From: Deltaproteobacteria bacterium
GTDB lineage: Bacteria > Myxococcota > UBA727 > VGSZ01
DNA length: 64,000 bases
Reading direction: 5' to 3'
Assembly (NCBI GenBank): GCA_016177705.1
Contig: JACOUT010000005.1
Coordinates: 222,374 to 286,373, forward strand
The notes under the pieces are model-generated. The model did no database searches and was not told the DNA's origin. It was given only the letters and a program-made list of their open reading frames with translations. Positions 1-10,623 of the stretch are shown here, in pieces. The position numbers and the translations under genes are program-made. Every line of letters starts with the position of its first letter. The stretch's first letter is position 1.

Positions 1-699
1 TACCGGGCGGCGCGGCGCGCCGGCAAGCACGGCGCCTTCATGGGCATCCAGGGCGGCAACGCGCTCGACCGCGACCTCGAGGCGCTCGACTTGATCGAGC
101 ACGACCTGATGCTGCGCGTGACGCTGGTGCACCTGTACAACTCGCGCCTCGGCACCACCAGCGCGCCGGCGCTGCACAAGGGCGAGGGCCTGACGACGTT
201 CGGCAAGGACTACCTCAAGCGCTTGAACGACAAGCGCATCCTGGTCGACCTGGCGCACATCTCGCGCGACGGCTTCATGAGCGCGGTCGAGGTCCACGAT
301 CGGTCGCAGCCGCTGATCGTCACGCACACCGGCATCGACGCGGTCCACCCGCACTGGCGCAACATCACCGACCAGCAGATCCGCGCCGTCGTCGACACCG
401 GCGGCACCATCGGCATCATCTACCAGATGGCGTTCTTGGGCGGGAAGCCGGCCAAGGTCATCGTCGACCACATGGCGCATGTCGTCGACGTGTTCGGCGA
501 CGACTTCGTCTCGCTCGGCAGCGACTGGGACGGCCTGATCTTCCCGCCGCGCGACATGCCCACCTGCCTCGAGCTGCCGCGGCTGGTGCAGATCATGCTC
601 GATCGGGGCTGGCGGGCCGAGCGCATCCAGAAGATCCTCGGCGGCAACTTCTTGCGTGTAGTGGGTCTGCTGCGCGGCGACGACGGAGCACGGACATGA
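1..699 (+). CDS. membrane dipeptidase (peptidase M19 family), 5'-partial
   Basis: ORF is open from nt 1 in frame 1. Motifs LVDLAHIS, HTGIDAV and GSDWDG are typical of renal-type dipeptidases. High GC3. Confidence 0.75.
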   Translation, partial: YRAARRAGKHGAFMGIQGGNALDRDLEALDLIEHDLMLRVTLVHLYNSRLGTTSAPALHKGEGLTTFGKDYLKRLNDKRILVDLAHISRDGFMSAVEVHDRSQPLIVTHTGIDAVHPHWRNITDQQIRAVVDTGGTIGIIYQMAFLGGKPAKVIVDHMAHVVDVFGDDFVSLGSDWDGLIFPPRDMPTCLELPRLVQIMLDRGWRAERIQKILGGNFLRVVGLLRGDDGART

Positions 700-2279
700 G
701 TACTGGCATCACGACCGGCCCCATGAAGAGCGAGACCGAGATCGGCGGCGTGTCGCCGGTGGATTTGCACGAGCTGCCCGTGGTGAAGACCACGCCGCTC
801 GCCGACATCGCGGGTGTCGTCGCGCGCGCGCGCGCCGCGCAGCCCGCCTGGGAGGCGCTCGGCTTCGAGGGGCGCGCCGCGCTGATGAAGAAGGCGTGCC
901 GCTTGCTGCTCGAGCGGCGCGAGCAGCTCGGCGCGCTCATCCGCGACGAGGCCGGCAAGCAACCCGCGCACGCGCAGTTGCACGAGGCCATCGGGCCGCT
1001 CGACTACGTCTCCGGCTGGATCAAGGTGGCGCGGCCGCAGCTGCGGCCGAAGCGGCTGCCCATCAACCCCATCGCCATGCCGGGCAAGAGCGCCAGCACC
1101 GAGCTGATCCCGCGCGGCGTCATCGGCATCATCGCGCCCTGGAACTACCCGCTCGGCGTCTACTTCAAGCCGAGCCTGCCGGCCCTGCTCACCGGCAACG
1201 CCGTCGTGCTCAAGCCCTCCGAGTACTGCCCGCGCACCGGCGCGCTGTTCGCGCAGCTGCTGTCGGAGGTGCTGCCGAAGGATGTGGTGCAGGTGGTGCA
1301 AGGCGCGCGCGACGTCGGCGCTGCCTTGATCACGTCGGGCATCGACGCGCTCTCCTTCACCGGCTCTCCCGTGGGCGGCCGCGCGGTGCTCAAGGCATGC
1401 GCCGAGCAGATGATCCCGTGCAGCGTCGAGCTCGGCGGTAAGGACCCGGCCATCGTGCTCGCCGACTGCGAGCTCGAGCGCACCGTGCTCGGCATCCTCA
1501 ACTGGGGCATTCACAACAGCGGCCAAGACTGCGGCTCGGTGGAGCGCGTCTACGTCGTCGACGAGATCGCAGATCGCTTCGTCGAGGCGCTCGGGCGCGC
1601 CGCGTCGCGCCTCAAGGTGCCGAGCAAGCCGGGCGACGTCGAGGGCGCGTCCATCGGCCCGCTATCGAACCCGATGCAGCTCGGCATCGTCGAGGCGCAC
1701 ATCGCCGACGCCGTCGCCAAGGGCGCCAAGGTGGTCACCGGCGGCAAGAAGACCGGCATCGGCTGCTGGCACGAGGCCACCATCCTCGATCGCTGCACGC
1801 AGGACATGCGCGTTGTCGCGGAGGAGACCTTCGGCCCGGTCATCGCGGTGGTGCGCGTCAAGGACGTCGAGCAGGCGATCACGCTCGCCAACGATTCGCG
1901 CTACGGCCTGAACGCGTCCATTTGGACCACCGACCTCGAGCGCGCCGAGCAGCTCGCGCGCCGCCTGCAGGCAGGCACCATTTTCATCAACAACCACGCG
2001 CTCACGGGCGCGATGCCGTTCGCGCCGTGGACCGGCGTGAAAGACACCGGCTACGGAGTCGCCAACAGCGAGCACGCGCTGCACACCTTCACGCGCCCAC
2101 GCACCATCTTCGTCGACCGCGGCCACGCCCCCGACCCGTGGTGGCTGCCGGCCGACCCGCTGCTCAAGGACATGGCTGAGCGGCTGGCCAAGGCACAGCT
2201 CGGTCAGCTCGTCGCTGCGCTCGGACTCCCCGGCGTCATGCGCGCCCGCAAGAAGAAGCTCCTCGATCTCGTGCGCTGA
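696..2279 (+). CDS. NAD(P)-dependent aldehyde dehydrogenase family protein
   Basis: ALDH hallmarks: catalytic Cys motif GQDCGSVERVYV, glycine motif GSPVGGRAV, ELGGKDP. ATGA overlap with the upstream gene. Start may instead be at 723. Confidence 0.8.
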   Translation: MSTGITTGPMKSETEIGGVSPVDLHELPVVKTTPLADIAGVVARARAAQPAWEALGFEGRAALMKKACRLLLERREQLGALIRDEAGKQPAHAQLHEAIGPLDYVSGWIKVARPQLRPKRLPINPIAMPGKSASTELIPRGVIGIIAPWNYPLGVYFKPSLPALLTGNAVVLKPSEYCPRTGALFAQLLSEVLPKDVVQVVQGARDVGAALITSGIDALSFTGSPVGGRAVLKACAEQMIPCSVELGGKDPAIVLADCELERTVLGILNWGIHNSGQDCGSVERVYVVDEIADRFVEALGRAASRLKVPSKPGDVEGASIGPLSNPMQLGIVEAHIADAVAKGAKVVTGGKKTGIGCWHEATILDRCTQDMRVVAEETFGPVIAVVRVKDVEQAITLANDSRYGLNASIWTTDLERAEQLARRLQAGTIFINNHALTGAMPFAPWTGVKDTGYGVANSEHALHTFTRPRTIFVDRGHAPDPWWLPADPLLKDMAERLAKAQLGQLVAALGLPGVMRARKKKLLDLVR

Positions 2280-2285
2280 CTTGTT

Positions 2286-2450
2286 GGAGGGTCTGATGCA
2301 GACCCTCCCCCGCAGCCGCCAGGGCCGCGAGCTTCGCTCGCTCGCCGAAGGGCGGCCGTGCGGCGCACGCGGGCACAGCCCGACGCGGGGCCCCCACCCA
2401 ACTCCGCTTCGCTGCGCTCGCGCCCGACTTCGAGCTCTCCGCCCGCGCAT
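2286..2450. repeat. intergenic repeat family, copy A (hairpin GGAGGGTCTGATGCAGACCCTCCC plus core GCACAGCCCGACGCGGGGCCCCCACCCAACTCC)
   Basis: Near-identical hairpin and core recur at 9545-9726 and partly at 45573-45690. Lies immediately 3' of the ALDH gene. Confidence 0.6.
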
Positions 2451-2757
2451 GGCGACGTTGCACGGGTTACGGGCAAGAGCAGGGGCATGGAGCTCAGCGA
2501 CGTTCGAAGATCCTCACGCCAGGCGCAGGCAAGCAGGCGGCGCATGCGCCGCTAAAAGTCGATTCCGTCGAGCCGCAACGCGCCGAAGTTGCCGTGCACC
2601 GGACGAACACTCCTGAGCCCGCCTCGCGCTTCCCCGCGAAGCGCACCACCACATTCTCCTGCCAGGTCGGCACAGGACTTGCGTAACGCGGTGCTGCGCG
2701 CGCGAACGCGCCTGCCCGACTGCGGTGCGCCAGTCGCCCACGCAAGAGGTTGCTTTC

Positions 2758-4410
2758 ATGTCCGACGGCGCCCCAGAAACGATCTCCGTGGCCACATGGG
2801 CGGAGCGCGCGCGCGTGCACCTTGGCGCGGGAAGCCTTCGCATCGTGACCGTCGCGAGCCAAGCCGACGTGCTGGCGTCGCTACGTCGCTCCGGCGCGCT
2901 CATCCCGCTCTCCAAGTCGGCGTACCCGGATAGCGACCTGCTACTGGTCCCACCAGAGCCCCGCATCGACGTCGAGCCGACGCGCTTCGTCACCTCCTCG
3001 AACGCGGCCGATGCGGGACCCCTGCATCGCTGGATGAGCGCAGCGTGGGTCGACAAGCGCTTCCGCCGCGCGCTCGCCGGAGCGAGCACGGGGCGCGAGC
3101 TTTGGGTGCTGCCCCTGCGCACGCGGGCGCTTGGCAGAGCCATCCCGACGGTGGTGGTCACCGAAGTCCCGTCGCTGGTGGCGACCTTGCTTCGGCTCGT
3201 GGAGCTCGACGACGACGTGCTGTCTGCCCCCGCCGGCACAGAGGTGGCGCGCTGCCTGGTCACCGAGGGTGGTCGCTCTCGCGGAGAGCGTTTCGTGTGC
3301 CTTGCCGTTGACGACCTCGAGCTCTGGTCGTCCGGGTGGTACTCGGGTCCGACCGCCATCGTCGAGGAGACGCTTGGCATTGCGTTCCCGTCATTGCTCG
3401 AGCGTGCTCCCGACGCCGGCTGTGCGGCCTCGGGGACCGTGAGTCTGTTCAATGCCCGAGGGAGGGCGCCGCGCACCGTCGCTTTCGTCGGCGGGGGGTG
3501 GGATGCACGCCTCGCAGCATCCTGGTCATCCTCGAGCGAGCGCGGCGGTACGTCGTCACTGATGAGCGACGGTCCGACGTGGTTTGCATCGGGCGACGGT
3601 TCGCTGCGATGCGGCACGCCGTTCCTCGGCTGCCGCCTTCCGCTGCGGTCGCTCCGACTGCCCGAGGCCGCGCCGGTCCTCGCGCGCCTGCGTTCGTCGC
3701 TGCTGTTCTCCAACGCCGCGCGCAGCGCACAGGGGATCCCATGGTGGGACGAGCGCGGGGACGCTCCGACGAGCCCCGAGGTGATCTGCTGGGACGGCAT
3801 GAGTGCGCGCCCTTCGCCTGCGCGCAGGGGCAGTCACACCGACGCAACCGTCATCGTCCCCTATGCCCTGCTCCAAGGCGACCAGGCCTCTCGCCTTTCG
3901 GCGGGCCTTCACGTCGACGCCGTGGTGTTCGTGATCGACGTCGCCGAGCCCGTCTCCGTGCTGCTCGAGCCGGCGTCCTTCAGCCAGGCCGTGGCGGTAG
4001 CGCTCGGCTTCGACGCCCTCACCGGCCATCTCCATGACCCGCTCGGGCTGCGCGCCTTCCCTGGCGACGTGGCCACCGGATTGCAGCGATGGCTCTCGCT
4101 CGGCGAACGCGTGGGTGTGCGCGCCTTCGTCTGGACCGTGCCTCGCTTCAGCTCGGGGCGCGGCGAGCAGCTCGCGGCACGCGAGATTGCGTCACTCATC
4201 GCCGCGGCGCTCGACGGGAACAAGGCTGCGCTCAGCTCCCCACTCGGCGCCGTCCACGCGGTGGCGCCCTACGGCCGTCCCGCGGAATCTGTGCGGGTCT
4301 TTGACGCTCTGTCCCGCGCGGTCGAGGAGCTCGGTTCGCGGTGCCCGCCTGCCCTCCGCCGGGCGCACGGCTCGCTCATCAGCGGTGCAGATTCTGCAGT
4401 AAACTCCTGA
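2758..4410 (+). CDS. hypothetical protein
   Basis: 551-aa ORF with strong GC3 bias. AAGAGG sits 9 nt upstream of the ATG at 2758. No recognisable domain. The opposite-strand ORF 2514-3800 is rejected. Confidence 0.55.
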   Translation: MSDGAPETISVATWAERARVHLGAGSLRIVTVASQADVLASLRRSGALIPLSKSAYPDSDLLLVPPEPRIDVEPTRFVTSSNAADAGPLHRWMSAAWVDKRFRRALAGASTGRELWVLPLRTRALGRAIPTVVVTEVPSLVATLLRLVELDDDVLSAPAGTEVARCLVTEGGRSRGERFVCLAVDDLELWSSGWYSGPTAIVEETLGIAFPSLLERAPDAGCAASGTVSLFNARGRAPRTVAFVGGGWDARLAASWSSSSERGGTSSLMSDGPTWFASGDGSLRCGTPFLGCRLPLRSLRLPEAAPVLARLRSSLLFSNAARSAQGIPWWDERGDAPTSPEVICWDGMSARPSPARRGSHTDATVIVPYALLQGDQASRLSAGLHVDAVVFVIDVAEPVSVLLEPASFSQAVAVALGFDALTGHLHDPLGLRAFPGDVATGLQRWLSLGERVGVRAFVWTVPRFSSGRGEQLAAREIASLIAAALDGNKAALSSPLGAVHAVAPYGRPAESVRVFDALSRAVEELGSRCPPALRRAHGSLISGADSAVNS

Positions 4411-4461
4411 GTCCTGCTGCTGAACTTGCACCAGATGCAGAATCGGCACTAGCGTCGCCGA

Positions 4462-5877
<1,416 letters not shown>

Positions 5878-5882
5878 TCTGC

Positions 5883-5898
5883 TGGCACGGGTGGTGCT
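5883..5898 (+). promoter_or_regulatory. candidate sigma-54 (-24/-12) promoter TGGCAC-N5-GTGCT
   Basis: TGGCACgggtgGTGCt has exact GG-N10-GC spacing. Located between the NtrC-like gene stop (5877) and the SulP start (5912). Confidence 0.35.
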
Positions 5899-5911
5899 TC
5901 GTCCGTCGACC

Positions 5912-7684
5912 ATGGACTCCAAACGCAAGCGCTTCGAAGTACCCCTGCCAAGGCTCGAGATCCGGCCGGCGGCGGCCCTGCGCCGCGCTTTCGCCAAGGG
6001 CTACGGGAAGGCGGAGTTGCGCGCCGACCTCATGGCGGGTCTCGTCGTTGGCGTGGTGGCGCTGCCCTTGGCGATGGCGCTGGCCATCGCGTCCGGCGTG
6101 CCCCCGCAACACGGGTTGTACACCGCGATCATCGGCGGCGGCCTGATTGCCCTCCTGGGCGGCTCGAAGACTCAGGTGTCGGGCCCGACCGCGGCCTTTG
6201 TCGTCATCCTGGTACCGATCACGATCAAGTTCGGCATCGCCGGGCTGTGCGTGGCCTCGCTCATGGCCGGCGTCATCCTCGTGGTCCTCGGCCTCCTGCG
6301 TTTGGGCCAGCTACTGCAATACGTGCCCTATCCGGTCACCACCGGGTTCACGGGAGGCATCGCCGTCGTCATCGCGACGCTGCAGGTGAAGGACTTCTTC
6401 GGCCTCACTGTCGAGCACATGCCCGAGCACTACCTCGAGCGCGTCGAGGCGCTCGCCGGGGCCGCGGCGACCGCGCGCTGGGGAGAATTCGCGATTGGCG
6501 CGTTCACGCTCGCGGCGCTACTGCTTTGGCCGAAGCTCACCACGAAAGTGCCAGCGCCGCTTGTCGCACTCACCCTGGCCACGGTGATCGCGGTGGCGCT
6601 CGGCAGGCTCATGCCGGGCTTCGAGGTTGCGACCATCGGCAGCCGCTTCACTTATCTCGTCGACGGCGAATTGCGCCACGGCATCCCACAAGCACCCCCG
6701 TTGCCGGTCCTGCCCTGGTTGCTTGCCGGTGCCGACGGCACTCCGCTCGGTCTCAGCTTCTCCACAATCCGCGCGTTGCTGCCCTCGGCGTTCGCCATTG
6801 CCATGCTCGGGGCCATCGAGTCGTTGCTGTCGGCGACCGTGGCCGACGGCATGGCCAGCACCAAGCACGACCCCAACGCGGAGCTGATCGCGCAGGGGGT
6901 GGGGAACATCGCCGCGCCCTTCTTCGGCGGCTTCGCCGCTACCGGGGCCATCGCGCGCACGGCGACCAACATCCGCTCCGGCGCCAAGTCTCCTATCGCG
7001 GCAATCACCCACGCCATCTTCATCCTGGTATCCGTGCTCCTGCTCGCGCCGCTCGTCTCGTACCTGCCCATGGCGTCGCTGGCGGCGCTGCTCTTGCTCG
7101 TCGCGTGGAACATGAGCGAGGTCAGACACTTCCTGCACACCTTGCGGGTGGCGCCGCGCAGCGACGTGTTCGTGCTGCTTGCGTGCTTCTCGCTGACCGT
7201 CCTCTTCGACATGGTCATTTCGGTGACCTTCGGCATCGTGCTCGCATCGCTCCTGTTCATGCGCCGCATGTCCGAGATCTCGGGCGCGCGAATGCTCGAG
7301 GAGAAGCACCATGAGCTTGACGAAGTCTTGCCACCCGGAGTGATGGTCTACGAGATCGCCGGTCCGCTGTTCTTTGGCGCGGCGCAGAAAGCGATGAGCT
7401 CACTGGAAACGACATCGACCAAGGCCAAGGTTGTGGTCTTCGACATCGAGGACGTGCCGGCCATCGACGCCACGGGCATGGTCAACTTCGAATCGGCCAT
7501 CGAGAGACTCCTGCACCAAAAGACCGCCGTCGTGGTCGCGGGTGCGCGACCGCAGCCCGCCGAGGTCCTCAAGAATGCTGGTATCGAGGCGCGCGACGGG
7601 CAGCTCATGTTCACCACCACCGTGCGAGAGGGCATCGAGCTCGCTCGCACCCTGGTCGGGCGCTCCGCCAGGTCCGCCGCATGA
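5912..7684 (+). CDS. SulP-family anion/sulfate permease with C-terminal STAS domain
   Basis: Conserved N-terminal block ADLMAGLVVGVVALPLAMALAIASGVPPQHGLYTAI, many TM helices, and a C-terminal STAS fold (VVFDIEDVPAIDATG). An alternative GTG start at 5864 overlaps the upstream gene. Confidence 0.85.
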   Translation: MDSKRKRFEVPLPRLEIRPAAALRRAFAKGYGKAELRADLMAGLVVGVVALPLAMALAIASGVPPQHGLYTAIIGGGLIALLGGSKTQVSGPTAAFVVILVPITIKFGIAGLCVASLMAGVILVVLGLLRLGQLLQYVPYPVTTGFTGGIAVVIATLQVKDFFGLTVEHMPEHYLERVEALAGAAATARWGEFAIGAFTLAALLLWPKLTTKVPAPLVALTLATVIAVALGRLMPGFEVATIGSRFTYLVDGELRHGIPQAPPLPVLPWLLAGADGTPLGLSFSTIRALLPSAFAIAMLGAIESLLSATVADGMASTKHDPNAELIAQGVGNIAAPFFGGFAATGAIARTATNIRSGAKSPIAAITHAIFILVSVLLLAPLVSYLPMASLAALLLLVAWNMSEVRHFLHTLRVAPRSDVFVLLACFSLTVLFDMVISVTFGIVLASLLFMRRMSEISGARMLEEKHHELDEVLPPGVMVYEIAGPLFFGAAQKAMSSLETTSTKAKVVVFDIEDVPAIDATGMVNFESAIERLLHQKTAVVVAGARPQPAEVLKNAGIEARDGQLMFTTTVREGIELARTLVGRSARSAA

Positions 7685-8493
7685 GCAGGAAGAACCACGC
7701 GTCCGATCCTACCTTGAAAGAGCGCCTCGCCTCGGGCCACGAGGTCGAGGATGACGCAGTCGATCGGCTGCTGCCGCCGTGGGTATCCGCGCTCTCGGAG
7801 GTGCACTGGACGCCGGTAGCGGTGGCAGCCGCCGCAGCCGCGTTTCTGACCGACGAGAGGCGGCAGTCGGCGCGGGTGCTCGACGTCGGCGCCGGCGCCG
7901 GCAAGTTCTGCGTGGTCGGCGCCGCCTCGACGGGAGCGCGCTTCGAGGGCGTCGAACGAAACCCCACGCTGGTGGGGGTCGCTACCTTGCTCGCGCGCGA
8001 CATCGGTGTCGACCGCGTACATTTCCATTGTGCCGCCATGGAGCAACTGGATTGGCAGAGCTACCACGGGCTCTACTTCTTCAATCCCTTCGGCGAGTAC
8101 TTCATCGAGGACGGCAGCAAGATCCTCGAGGGGCAGCCGCGTGGATGGCGAGCCTACGCCCACCAAGTTCGCACCGCGATCGCCAAGCTCTACCTGATGC
8201 CGACCGGCACGCGGGTGGCGACCTACCACGGTCTCGGCGCGAGCTTGCCGCCGGGTTTCGACCTCGTCGCAACCGAGCGCTTCGGCACGGGGATCCTGCG
8301 ATGCTACATTCGGCGCGACCCCCTCTCGATCGCTTCTCCGCATCCCCCGGAGGACTTCTTCGAGCGGCCCGGCATCTTCGAGGAGCCCACCGCGGTCCTT
8401 CGCCCAGCCTGGAACAACGACGGCGAAGCGGGAACGGACGCCGGGCATGGCCCGCCGCTCGCTTGCGACGAGGGCGAGCTCGAGCACGAATGA
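7681..8493 (+). CDS. class I SAM-dependent methyltransferase
   Basis: Motif I VLDVGAGAGKF. ATGA overlap with the SulP stop. GC3 somewhat lower than neighbouring genes. Confidence 0.6.
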   Translation: MSRKNHASDPTLKERLASGHEVEDDAVDRLLPPWVSALSEVHWTPVAVAAAAAAFLTDERRQSARVLDVGAGAGKFCVVGAASTGARFEGVERNPTLVGVATLLARDIGVDRVHFHCAAMEQLDWQSYHGLYFFNPFGEYFIEDGSKILEGQPRGWRAYAHQVRTAIAKLYLMPTGTRVATYHGLGASLPPGFDLVATERFGTGILRCYIRRDPLSIASPHPPEDFFERPGIFEEPTAVLRPAWNNDGEAGTDAGHGPPLACDEGELEHE

Positions 8494-9341
8494 GCCAACG
8501 AGCCGCGACTTTCGACGAGGTGCGTCAGGGGCGCTCGCTCGCCATTGTCGACAACGGCTGCTGCGCGCGCGGCGCAGGAGGAGCAGGTCGCGCGCGTCAT
8601 GCTCAACCTCGAGAGCAAACCAAGCGATCTACGTCTCTCGTTGCGGTCCTGCAGCCCGATGAGCGCGATGTACTTCTCGACGCCATGGCGGAAGGCCGCA
8701 CTGAGGCAGAGGCACGTCGCCAATGATGGCTCTTTGACTCGCGCGGTCTCGTGGTGTCGGCGCGACAGAACGGCTCCCTCGCGGGTCACAAGGCGAAGCT
8801 CGCGCACGAGCATGAGCCCGTTGCCACGCTGCTCGGCGCGGTCGAAGCGCCGCACCCCACCGCGCTGATCGGCACCTCGACGCAGGCGAACGCGTTTGAT
8901 GACGCAGTGCTCGCGCGCATGGCGGCCGAGAACGAGCGGCCCATTGTCTTCGCCTTGTCGAACCCAACTGCCGTGGCCGAGTGCGCGGCCGAGGGCGCGA
9001 CCCGGGCGACCCACGGCCGCGTGCTCTTTGCCAGCGGAAGCCCCTTCGCCCGGGTCAGCTTCGGCGGCCGAACCTTCGAGCCCGGGCAGGGCAACAACGT
9101 CGACATCTTTCTGGGCGTTGGCCTCAGAATACTGGCGGCGCGGAGCCATCTCGCTACCGACGAGATGTTCCTGGCTGCGGCCAAGGCGCTGGTGGTGGAG
9201 GTCGCTGACGACGATCTCGCAGTCGAGCGAATCTTGCCCAAGCTCTCGCGCCTGCGGGAGGTGTCGGTGCGAGTCGCTTGCAGGGTCGAGGAGGTTGCCT
9301 TCGCTCGAGGCATCGCCACCATCCCGAGGCCCGTGGACTAG
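8494..9341 (+). pseudogene. NAD(P)-malic enzyme gene remnant (C-terminal ~280 aa only, frameshifted, in-frame TGA at 8727)
   Basis: Residues from 8751 align with the malic-enzyme C-terminus (FALSNPT...ECAAE...ASGSPF...PGQGNNVDIFLGVGL). Upstream, EAEARRQ*WLFDSRGLV matches EEARKKIWLVDSKGL but is interrupted by a stop. The GAGGAG NAD-motif region is in another frame. The N-terminal ~300 codons are absent. Confidence 0.7.
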
Positions 9342-9544
9342 GATGCCGCGGCGCGTGCTCTCATGTGGTCTCCGAACTACCCCGACTGTCTTTCGATGGA
9401 TGGAGGTGGGGCCCCGACGGCCGGATCGTGAACGGGGCGCTTGGTTCGGCGCCGTCGACTCCGCGCCCGCGGGCGGCGTCGACGACTTGGCGAGTTGCCA
9501 CAGCGCGGTTCGAGATTCCTCACACCGGGCGCGCACGTTGTCTG

Positions 9545-9726
9545 GGAGGGTTCGATGCGGACCCTCCCCTGCGCACGCACAGCCCGACGCTGGTGCGGTG
9601 GGCTCGCCCGAATGGCCGTGAACCCTCCTCCGCGCGGGCACAGCCCGACGCGGGGCCCCAACCCAACTCCCGTCGCTGCGGCTCCTGCCTCGCTCCGCTC
9701 GGCCTCGTTCAGGTGGCGGAGGGCAG
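9545..9726. repeat. intergenic repeat family, copy B (hairpin GGGAGGGTTCGATGCGGACCCTCCC plus two CACAGCCCGACGC cores plus CGCTGCGGCTCCTGCCTCGCTCCGCTCGGCCTCGTTC tail)
   Basis: Shares the hairpin and core with copy A and the tail with copy C. Lies between convergent gene ends. Confidence 0.6.
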
Positions 9727-9761
9727 TTCGAAACCCGTCGTACCGGGCGCGCTCCGGCGAG

Positions 9762-10298
9762 CTACTTCTTGGCGGGTGCGGGCGCGGCGGGTGGCGGCGG
9801 CAGCAAGACAGCGTCGATCACGTGGATCAAGCCGTTCGACACCGGGATCGACGCGATCACGTTCGCGTCGTTGATCGTGACCTTGCCGTCCTTGGCGACG
9901 TGGATGGTGGTCTTGCCGCCGTTGGCCATGCCGAGCGTCTCGCCGTCCTTGAGCCACTTGAGCGGCAGGGCCGAGGTGGTCACGTGGTACTGGAGGATCT
10001 TGGCGAGGTCGTCCTTCTTCTCGGGCTTGAGCAGGCCCTCGACCGTGCCCTTGGGCAGCTTGTCGAATGCGGCGTTGGTCGGCGCGAACACCGTGAAGGG
10101 CCCCGGGTTCTTGAGCGACACCACCAAGTCGGCGGCCTTGACCGCGGTGACCAACGTCGTGTGATCAGGCGAGCCCGCCGCGGTGTCGACGACGTCTTTG
10201 GCGGTCGCCGCCTGCCCTTGCGCGAGCGCCGCGGCGGCGGCGAGCGCGAGCGGCGCGGCGGCGAGGAGGAGGAGGCGGGGCAGGGCGGCGCGGGTCAT
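9762..10298 (-). CDS. fasciclin (FAS1) domain secreted protein
   Basis: Signal peptide MTRAALPRLLLLAAAPLALAAAAALA. FAS1 motifs TVFAPTNAAF and VIDAVLLP. Confidence 0.8.
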   Translation of the reverse strand: MTRAALPRLLLLAAAPLALAAAAALAQGQAATAKDVVDTAAGSPDHTTLVTAVKAADLVVSLKNPGPFTVFAPTNAAFDKLPKGTVEGLLKPEKKDDLAKILQYHVTTSALPLKWLKDGETLGMANGGKTTIHVAKDGKVTINDANVIASIPVSNGLIHVIDAVLLPPPPAAPAPAKK

Positions 10299-10623
10299 GG
10301 CAGGGCTCCTTCGGGTCGAGTTCGGTGACCGGCGTCGACCGTTTGCATCCGTCGTGCGCAGTTGCGCCGCGTCCGGACGACGTGCCACGCGCTTCGAGGG
10401 GGCGACGCCGGCGCCAAATGCCCCACATCGTGCGCCCTGCTGCACACGATCGCGCCGCGCTTCTTGATGGCAGTCACCTTGTCATCGGCAGCGTGGCGCT
10501 CGAGAGGCCCGAGAAGATTGGCGTGTCCTACATTGGACCCAACTCCCCGACATAGCTGCGCCTTTTTCCCCCTGCCCCGATGCGTTTCGCGGATCTAGAC
10601 GAGCGCTTCGCTCGAGGTCCTCG

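Noticed and set aside
420-1526. 368-aa minus-strand ORF (and 593-991, 1160-1510, 1662-2450) antisense to dipeptidase and ALDH genes
   Set aside because: Overlaps well-supported conserved genes on the other strand. Arg/Ala/Gly-rich composition typical of antisense frames in ~70% GC DNA. No motifs.
2514-3800. 428-aa minus-strand ORF overlapping the 2758-4410 hypothetical gene
   Set aside because: The plus strand shows the strong GC3 bias. The minus frame is Arg/Ser/Ala-rich low complexity.
7779-8726. 315-aa plus-strand ORF in frame 0 overlapping the methyltransferase gene
   Set aside because: Out of frame with the motif-bearing methyltransferase ORF. Only its last ~230 nt correspond to the decayed malic-enzyme remnant. 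It is not an intact gene.
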